Source: an uncultured Bacteroidales bacterium (GTDB taxonomy: Bacteria > Bacteroidota > Bacteroidia > Bacteroidales > FEN-979). From it: a DNA stretch of 64,000 nt. Below, piece by piece: positions 57,686 to 64,000 of the stretch (the stretch's first letter is position 1; each line of letters opens with the position of its first letter). Made by a program: the position numbers and the translations under genes. The stretch covers positions 4,459 to 68,458 of the forward strand of contig CAJAUM010000128.1 in NCBI GenBank assembly GCA_903945175.1. The letters run 5' to 3'. The notes beneath the pieces are model-generated. The model ran no database searches. It saw only the letters and a list, made by a program, of their open reading frames with translations, and was not told where the DNA came from.

Positions 57686-59509
57686 TTATTTGGGGATTTT
57701 TATTTTTTGTCCGGGTTTCAACCGATTGGAGGTCTTCAGGTTATTCAAAGTTTTCAACTGGGAAACGGTAACATCAAATTTGTCGGCTATATCCCATAAA
57801 TTGTCACCCGACTGGATGGTGTACATTGTGAATTTCTGTCCTGTTGCAGCAGTCGTTTTAGATTTAGAATTCGTTTCAGATTTGACCTTCGCTTCAGGTT
57901 TTGCATTGGTGGTGAGATCCTGACCGGACGAGTTTAACTTGATTTTTTGCCCAATATTGATTTTTGAGCTGCTCAGGTTGTTCCATTTCATCAGTTCCGA
58001 TGCAGTGCAATTGTATTTGATGGCAATAGAACCAAGGCTTTCACCGCTTTTCACCACATGAATGGTTTTTAAGTTCTCATCAGCTGAAGTTGATTTTGCC
58101 GATATTTTGGTACTGGCAGGTTCAATACCGGAATCCTGACCGGATTTTGGTTTAGCTGAAGTGTCTTTTGAAACAACCTGTGGCACATAGGTTGAAGTTA
58201 CCCCGTTATCCCGGCCTTTCTGACTGGCCGGTTTTGAGTATACCAGTATTTTTTTCTTGGGTTTGAAAGAATTTTTCTTCGTATTGTTCAGGGATTTCAA
58301 ATCGCTGATGGTCATATTAAACTTTTTGGCGATGGAGGCCATCGATTCGCCGCTTTTGACGGTGTATAATTCGGCTTCGCGGTAGTTGCTATAAAATTGT
58401 TTCATCATCGAATCCTTCTGAATCCCGCTTTGTGTGCGGTATGCATACAAGGCCGATTCATTGTTGATGAAGCTTCCGATATGCTTTTTACGGAGTCGCA
58501 ACTTATAAGGATTTTCAGCTGTAGCTGGAATAAACAGGTGCTTGAAAGAGGGATTCAAAAATTCAATTTCATCCATCGGGATATCCAGCATTTCTGATAT
58601 CTGGATAAAAGAAAGCGGATTGTGAACAGTGACTGTGTCCACCTCATAATAGAGGATGCCTGGATCAACAGGGTTGATTTTGTGTTCATTTGCATAGGTT
58701 ATGACATAACTTGCTGCAATGAATGCGGGAACATACGAGGCGGTTTCCCTGGGCAGGTATTTTTGTATAGCCCAGAAGTTCTTCATGCCCCCCGAACGCC
58801 TGATGGCCTTGTTCACATTTCCTGCTCCGGAATTGTATGCAGCCAGGGCCAGTGACCAGCTTCCATAAATATTATACAGGTCAGTCAAGTGTTCACAAGC
58901 AGCAATGGTGGCCTTGAAGGGGTCAAACCGGTCATCAACATATGAGCTGACCTTCAGCCCGTATACTTTTCCGGTTCCATACATGAACTGCCACAAACCT
59001 TTGGCCCCGGCTGGTGAATTGGCGGTGGGGTTTAGCGCTGATTCAATCACGGCCAGATATTTCAATTCCAACGGCATGTTGTATTTGTCAAGCTGCTCTT
59101 CAAAAAGGGGAAAATATATCTGGGACAAGCCAAGGATTCTTGCGGTCAGCTTACGTTTTCTTACAGCGTACAATTCGATAAACTTCTTTACTTCGTTATT
59201 GTAAACAAATTCAAAGGGAGATTGATCATTCAGCTGAGCGATGCGTTCGCGGTAAACCGAATCGGGAAAAGTGGGAATATCGCTATCAGTAAAGGTACTC
59301 CAGTTTTGATACTGTTGGGCATTGGGAAATCCGGCCTCTTCAAAAATCTTAAGGTTGGCCAGGCTGTCAAGCATGACCATCACCGGATCGTCCCCAATCA
59401 TTTTTTGATTTTTGATCACTGAATCAGGACGGATGGTATCCTGCGCAAAGGGAGAAAATGGTGTAAAAAAGAGGAAGAGGATAAAAAGGAGGTTTCTTTT
59501 GAAGGTCAT
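57686..59509 (-). CDS. MltD-like lytic transglycosylase with three C-terminal LysM domains
   Basis: Signal peptide, SLT block AVIESALNPTANSPAGAKGLWQFM, and three LysM repeats (YTVKSGESMASIAKKF.., HVVKSGESLGSIAIKY.., YTIQSGDNLWDIADKF..). Confidence 0.85.
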   Translation of the reverse strand: MTFKRNLLFILFLFFTPFSPFAQDTIRPDSVIKNQKMIGDDPVMVMLDSLANLKIFEEAGFPNAQQYQNWSTFTDSDIPTFPDSVYRERIAQLNDQSPFEFVYNNEVKKFIELYAVRKRKLTARILGLSQIYFPLFEEQLDKYNMPLELKYLAVIESALNPTANSPAGAKGLWQFMYGTGKVYGLKVSSYVDDRFDPFKATIAACEHLTDLYNIYGSWSLALAAYNSGAGNVNKAIRRSGGMKNFWAIQKYLPRETASYVPAFIAASYVITYANEHKINPVDPGILYYEVDTVTVHNPLSFIQISEMLDIPMDEIEFLNPSFKHLFIPATAENPYKLRLRKKHIGSFINNESALYAYRTQSGIQKDSMMKQFYSNYREAELYTVKSGESMASIAKKFNMTISDLKSLNNTKKNSFKPKKKILVYSKPASQKGRDNGVTSTYVPQVVSKDTSAKPKSGQDSGIEPASTKISAKSTSADENLKTIHVVKSGESLGSIAIKYNCTASELMKWNNLSSSKINIGQKIKLNSSGQDLTTNAKPEAKVKSETNSKSKTTAATGQKFTMYTIQSGDNLWDIADKFDVTVSQLKTLNNLKTSNRLKPGQKIKIPK

Positions 59510-59624
59510 GCAAATAACATTTTAACAGGGAATGAGGATTGAAATTTTTGTCTCTTGATAAACGTCATATAAGTGACAATAATTGCCAACAAAGTTAGTG
59601 ATTTTGAAAGTACTGTAAAAGTAC

Positions 59625-59632
59625 TAAATTTG
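59625..59632 (+). promoter_or_regulatory. -7 promoter box TAAATTTG with an upstream TTTG
   Basis: TAnnTTTG match 19 nt upstream of ATG 59652. A TTTG at 59603-59606 is at a plausible -33 spacing. Confidence 0.45.
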
Positions 59633-59651
59633 TGAGATCTTTCCCTTATCC

Positions 59652-61685
59652 ATGAAAAAGCTGTATACCCTGATTTTCCTTGTCTTTATGCTGGCCGGTT
59701 ATACCCGCGCCCAGGAAAAAGCGAGCCTGCCAAATGGCACATTAAGGCATGAGATGACCCCGGAGGAGTCACTTCGCAAAGGTGAAATTGGTAGAAATTT
59801 CATTGAAACCGATCCCCCATCAGGACTGATCAGGAATGTTGCTGAAATAGACCGGGTACAGGGAGCCCTGGTACGTTACCCGTTTGGAATCCCTATTTCC
59901 GTGATCAAGGAGATGGCCACCGATATCATGGTAACAACCATCGTAGCCTCCACAGCACAAAAAAATACGGTGACAAATCAATATGTAAACAATGGTGTTG
60001 ATACCAGCCACTGTAATTTTCTGATCGCTCCCTCTGATAGTTACTGGACAAGGGACTATGGCCCCTGGTTCGAGTCAGATGGCGCAAACCAAATTGGCAT
60101 CGTTGATTTCCCGTACAACCGTCCCCGCCCCAATGATGATGAAATACCAAAAAAAATGGCAGAGATGTTAGGGATTCCCTGGTTTGGCATGAACCTGATC
60201 TCTACCGGGGGGAATTACATGACCGAAGGTCTCGGGATCTCTTCATCGACCGAATTGGTATGGGAGGAAAATCCAACCCAAACCCACGACCAGGTAGCTC
60301 AGAAAGCACTTGATTATCTCGGGATAGAGAACTATTTTGTGAGGCCCGATCCGAACGGAACTTACATCGATCACATCGATTGCTGGGGAAAATTTTTAGG
60401 ACCAGATAAAATCCTCATCCGCAAAGTTCCCCTGTCACATCCACGTTATGCAGCCATTGAAACGGCAGCCGCTTTCTGGGCAAACACCAACAGTTCGTAT
60501 GGCCATCCCTATAAAGTTTACCGCATCAACACTCCCCAGGACCAACCCTATACCAACTCTGTGATCCTAAACAACAAAGTACTGGTCCCCATCATGAATT
60601 CAACATGGGACGACAGCGCCCTGGCTGTTTACCAGACAGCCATGCCCGGATATGAGGTGATCGGATTCATCGGGAATCCCTCCACTCCCTGGGAGTCGAC
60701 CGATGCCTTGCATTGCAGGGTGATGGGAATTGCCGATCTCGGGTTGCTCTATATCAAGCATATTCCCCTGACGGGGAATCAGCCATATGAGCATGACTGG
60801 GTGATCAATGCCGACATCCTTGCTTGCAGTAATCAGCCAGTTAAAAACGATTCAGTGCTCATTTGGTATCGAGTTGGCACTGAAGATTATCAGGCCGTTG
60901 CGATGACAAACAGTTCAGCCAACCATTATACCGGTATCATCCCTTCACAACCTGGCGGAAGTGTAATTCAATATTTCCTTTCTGCAGCGGATGAATCGGG
61001 ACGCCATGAAACTTGTCCATTAATTGGTCTCGCAGATCCGTTCACCTTTAATTCTGTTTATACTGACATTACCGCCATTCCCGATACCCTTTGGTTTCGT
61101 ACAATGGAAGATGCCGAACAAGGAAAAATTTCTCAACTCCACAATTACACAAATGGAGATATCAACCTTATCAGTGTCCAACAGGAAGGGAGCTGGTGGC
61201 ATGTCGATTCCATGTCTGTGTCTTCTTTGCCGCAAATGATCAACCCCGGAGACTCGGTTGCTGTTCGGGTGAGAATTTATTTGCCATTATCTTTTAGCCC
61301 TTTGATGGACTTTTATATTGATTCAATGGAAGTATTGACGAGCCAGGGAACGCAGCATGTCATCATCATGGTCAACCAGGATTTGATATCACGTGTTCAA
61401 GAACAACAAAATGCAACACTTGGCGACTGTTATCCCAACCCTTTCTCTGAGGGTACTATTTTGCCTTTTATCATGAAAGAAGCCAGCAGTGCTGAATTGC
61501 AGATACTGGATTTAAGGGGAATCGTGGTAAGAACACTTTTTATTGGAAAAGTTGAACGAGGTTCTTATTTTGTAAAATGGGATGGGAAGGGGAGTTCCGG
61601 AAAAGTGCTGCCCGCCGGAATCTATTATTCAAGGCTTTCTTCCGAACATTCGACGCAGGTAAAAAGAATGGTGATAATCCGTTAA
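59652..61685 (+). CDS. Porphyromonas-type peptidylarginine deiminase / agmatine deiminase family protein, secreted, with Ig-like region and T9SS C-terminal sorting domain
   Basis: Signal peptide. Guanidino-modifying blocks [20 protein letters not shown] and [10 protein letters not shown] (Cys codon at 60714-60716). C-terminus [14 protein letters not shown]...[22 protein letters not shown]. Confidence 0.8.
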   Translation: MKKLYTLIFLVFMLAGYTRAQEKASLPNGTLRHEMTPEESLRKGEIGRNFIETDPPSGLIRNVAEIDRVQGALVRYPFGIPISVIKEMATDIMVTTIVASTAQKNTVTNQYVNNGVDTSHCNFLIAPSDSYWTRDYGPWFESDGANQIGIVDFPYNRPRPNDDEIPKKMAEMLGIPWFGMNLISTGGNYMTEGLGISSSTELVWEENPTQTHDQVAQKALDYLGIENYFVRPDPNGTYIDHIDCWGKFLGPDKILIRKVPLSHPRYAAIETAAAFWANTNSSYGHPYKVYRINTPQDQPYTNSVILNNKVLVPIMNSTWDDSALAVYQTAMPGYEVIGFIGNPSTPWESTDALHCRVMGIADLGLLYIKHIPLTGNQPYEHDWVINADILACSNQPVKNDSVLIWYRVGTEDYQAVAMTNSSANHYTGIIPSQPGGSVIQYFLSAADESGRHETCPLIGLADPFTFNSVYTDITAIPDTLWFRTMEDAEQGKISQLHNYTNGDINLISVQQEGSWWHVDSMSVSSLPQMINPGDSVAVRVRIYLPLSFSPLMDFYIDSMEVLTSQGTQHVIIMVNQDLISRVQEQQNATLGDCYPNPFSEGTILPFIMKEASSAELQILDLRGIVVRTLFIGKVERGSYFVKWDGKGSSGKVLPAGIYYSRLSSEHSTQVKRMVIIR

Positions 61686-63196
61686 CCCTTTTTCTCGGGC
61701 CGCATCTGCGGAAAGAAGAGAACATCCTGGATGGATGCCGAATTGGTCATGATCATGGTCAATCGGTCGATGCCGATACCGAGCCCGGCTGTGGGAGGCA
61801 TCCCGAATTCAAGCGCCCTGAGAAAGTCTTCGTCGAGCACCATCGATTCATCATCACCGCGTTTGCCAAGTTCAAGCTGCGATTCAAACCGTTCGCGTTG
61901 ATCAATGGGATCGTTCAGCTCTGAAAATGCGTTGCAAAGTTCCTTTCCGTTGCATATTGCTTCAAAGCGTTCAACCAGCCCCTCTTTGGTGCGGTGCTTT
62001 TTGGCAAGCGGCGACATCTCAACCGGATAATCGGTAATAAAGGTCGGCTGGATCAGGAATGGTTCACATTTTTCTCCGAAGATCTGGTCGATGATCTTTC
62101 CCTTGCCCATGGTTTTATCGATAGGGACCGCCAACTCCCGGGCTATTATTCCGAGTTCCGCCTCTGATTTGCTGCTGATGTCAATCCCTGTAAAATGTTC
62201 AATGGCTTCAAACATCGTAAACCGTTTCCAGGGGCGTTTGAAATCGATCAGGTTTTCGCCAACCTGCACCTGTGTTTTGCCATGAAGGTCCAGGGCGATT
62301 TTTTCGACCATCTCTTCCACAAGGTTCATCATCCATTCATAATCCTTATAGGCGACATAAAGCTCCATCTGGGTGAATTCGGGATTGTGAAAGCGGTCCA
62401 TCCCTTCATTGCGGAAATCCTTCGAAAATTCATACACGCCGTCATATCCCCCCACAATTAATCGTTTCAGGTAAAGTTCATTCGCGATCCTGAGGTAGAG
62501 GGTCATATCCAGGGCATTGTGGTGTGTTTTGAAGGGCCTGGCGGCTGCGCCGCCATAAAGGGGCTGAAGGATGGGTGTTTCAACCTCAAGGTACGATTTG
62601 GCATTCAGGTAATTGCGCATCGAATTGAGCAGTATGTTGCGTTTCACAAACACATCACGCACCTCGGGGTTCACAATCATGTCAACATAACGTTGCCGAT
62701 ACCTTTGTTCAGGGTCGGTGAAGGCATCAAACACGGCATCCTCCTTTTCCTTAACGATCGGAAGCGGTCGGAGCGATTTGCTGAGCAGCGTAAGTGATTT
62801 TGCATGAATGGTGATCTCCCCCATCTGGGTGATGAATACAAAGCCAGTCACGCCGATGATGTCGCCGATATCAAGCAGTTTCTTAAACACAGTATTATAG
62901 TGTGTTTTATCCTCGCCGGGGCAGATGTCATCGCGCTTGACGTACAACTGTATCCGGCCGCTTTCATCCTGAAGTTCCACAAAAGAGGCCGCCCCCATGA
63001 TGCGCCGGCTCATGATGCGGCCTGCAATGCTTGCCTGCTGGTAGAGGGAAGGATCTCCGGGGAAATTATTTTTTATGTCAGCCGCCCTGGTATTGACTTC
63101 AAAGGTTTCGGGCGGATAGGGGTTGATGCCAAGCCTGATAAGCTCATTCAGTGAATTTCTGCGTATGGTTTCCTGTTCGGTTAATCCGGTGCTCAT
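61682..63196 (-). CDS. lysS: Lysine--tRNA ligase (class II)
   Basis: Start at ATG 63196 ([19 protein letters not shown]); the track start at 63214 is TTG inside the promoter box. Class II motifs are present: FRNEG, and [15 protein letters not shown]. Confidence 0.95.
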   Translation of the reverse strand: MSTGLTEQETIRRNSLNELIRLGINPYPPETFEVNTRAADIKNNFPGDPSLYQQASIAGRIMSRRIMGAASFVELQDESGRIQLYVKRDDICPGEDKTHYNTVFKKLLDIGDIIGVTGFVFITQMGEITIHAKSLTLLSKSLRPLPIVKEKEDAVFDAFTDPEQRYRQRYVDMIVNPEVRDVFVKRNILLNSMRNYLNAKSYLEVETPILQPLYGGAAARPFKTHHNALDMTLYLRIANELYLKRLIVGGYDGVYEFSKDFRNEGMDRFHNPEFTQMELYVAYKDYEWMMNLVEEMVEKIALDLHGKTQVQVGENLIDFKRPWKRFTMFEAIEHFTGIDISSKSEAELGIIARELAVPIDKTMGKGKIIDQIFGEKCEPFLIQPTFITDYPVEMSPLAKKHRTKEGLVERFEAICNGKELCNAFSELNDPIDQRERFESQLELGKRGDDESMVLDEDFLRALEFGMPPTAGLGIGIDRLTMIMTNSASIQDVLFFPQMRPEKKG

Positions 63197-63211
63197 GTTG
63201 CCAAATTTTGG

Positions 63212-63219
63212 CAAAGATA
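63212..63219 (-). promoter_or_regulatory. -7 promoter box TATCTTTG for lysS
   Basis: The reverse complement reads TATCTTTG, 15 nt upstream of ATG 63196. Confidence 0.5.
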
Positions 63220-63244
63220 AGGATTTTAGAAGAACGTTTCAGGA

Positions 63245-64000
63245 TCAGGACAGCACTGTACGAAGAATCTGGTGCGATTGCAACCCCTTGAATCCCGGCA
63301 GATGCAGTTGATAATACAACAGGATCGTTTCCAGCAACTGGTCGCGGACTTCGGCCCGGAGAGAAATTTCACCACTTCGCCACCTCGCCACCTCTCCCGG
63401 TCCATATGGATCGAAACTACATACTTCAAGCAAAGCATGAAACTGTTGGCTGTTTTCAGGATTCAGATAGTAGGGGTGCTCAGGAACGGCAGATTGGAAA
63501 TGGCCCTCCCTGAGATTGAAAATCTGTAACGATGTCGAATGGTTCAAGTGTGGGAAAATACCAAGGTGGTGGCAAAGGTGCATCGCAAAAAACAGATGAA
63601 AACTTGAGATAGGTTCATCGGTTTCGTCCAGCCGAAGGCAAGTTCCCCATAGGAATTCAAAGAGGGAGGGATTGGTTTCCTCTTCACGTATTACTTTGTA
63701 AACCAATTCATTGATAAATAGCACCAGGGAACTTTTCCGGATATCAAAGGGGATGGAATGATAGGGATGGGCGAGCCTGATCTCTTTCACCGACTGCAGG
63801 GAGTGTTTCTCTCTGTGATACACGACAAGGTCGAGGAGGGTAAGTGGCTGGAACAGGCCGGGTTTGATTTTTGATTTCGGGTTCCTGACCCCTTTGACCA
63901 GATAGGACTGAAGCCCGAAGAGCCCGGTATAGATTTTTACAATCAGACTGGATTCAGCGTATTTGGTGGAATGAAAAACGATGCCTCTCGTGGAATGCAG
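63245..64000 (-). CDS. recO: DNA repair protein RecO (5' end runs off the right window edge)
   Basis: The frame stays open to nt 64000, giving LHSTRGIVFHSTKYAESSLIVKIYTGLFGLQSYLVKGVRNPKSKIKPGLFQPLTLLDLVVYHRE, a typical RecO N-terminal OB-fold. The ORF-track Met at 63823 is internal. Confidence 0.85.
   Translation of the reverse strand: MHSTRGIVFHSTKYAESSLIVKIYTGLFGLQSYLVKGVRNPKSKIKPGLFQPLTLLDLVVYHREKHSLQSVKEIRLAHPYHSIPFDIRKSSLVLFINELVYKVIREEETNPSLFEFLWGTCLRLDETDEPISSFHLFFAMHLCHHLGIFPHLNHSTSLQIFNLREGHFQSAVPEHPYYLNPENSQQFHALLEVCSFDPYGPGEVARWRSGEISLRAEVRDQLLETILLYYQLHLPGFKGLQSHQILRTVLS

Noticed and set aside
1-64000. Evidence for a mobile element, prophage, genomic island or known defence system (integrase, transposase, flanking direct repeats, restriction-modification, toxin-antitoxin).
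   Set aside because: No such genes or boundary repeats were recognised. The only methyltransferase (47540-48388) is a small-molecule/protein class I type without a DNA-methyltransferase motif set or nuclease partner. The RHH protein has membrane-protein neighbours, not a toxin.

Overview
This window looks like a compact chromosomal segment from a Bacteroidota-type genome. The lineage call is an inference from four signals: several proteins end in T9SS (type IX secretion) C-terminal sorting domains; TAnnTTTG -7 promoter boxes sit directly upstream of many start codons; a GH92 mannosidase is present; and there is a sensor kinase/receiver/AraC fusion. About 50 protein-coding genes fill nearly all the sequence. 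I saw no rRNA, tRNA, CRISPR array, integrase, transposase or other mobile-element signature. Housekeeping genes (cysS, tyrS, lysS, recO, tdh) are interspersed with five other groups of genes. (1) A same-strand acyl-CoA string: ADP-forming acyl-CoA synthetase-GNAT fusion, acyl-CoA dehydrogenase, fused isobutyryl-CoA mutase IcmF, and a butyrate-kinase paralogue with eroded ATP-binding motifs. (2) Secreted or T9SS-sorted hydrolases: Kelch protein, S8 subtilase, S9 prolyl oligopeptidase, ACE-like M2 lipoprotein, GH92, and a PAD/agmatine-deiminase-family protein. (3) A tightly coupled SPFH / ribbon-helix-helix / DUF1648 trio. (4) A transglutaminase-like / alpha-2-macroglobulin / PBP1C block. (5) A long minus-strand TetR-TolC-HlyD-ABC-2 efflux operon (YbhGFSR-like) carrying two extra small genes. 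I found no unambiguous wholly new system. The best candidates for follow-up are the IcmF string with its degenerate butyrate-kinase-like gene, the SPFH-RHH-DUF1648 module, the secreted PPAD-like deiminase, and a few RNA or operator structures in the rare intergenic gaps. All functional calls come from reading motifs by eye; no database search was possible.
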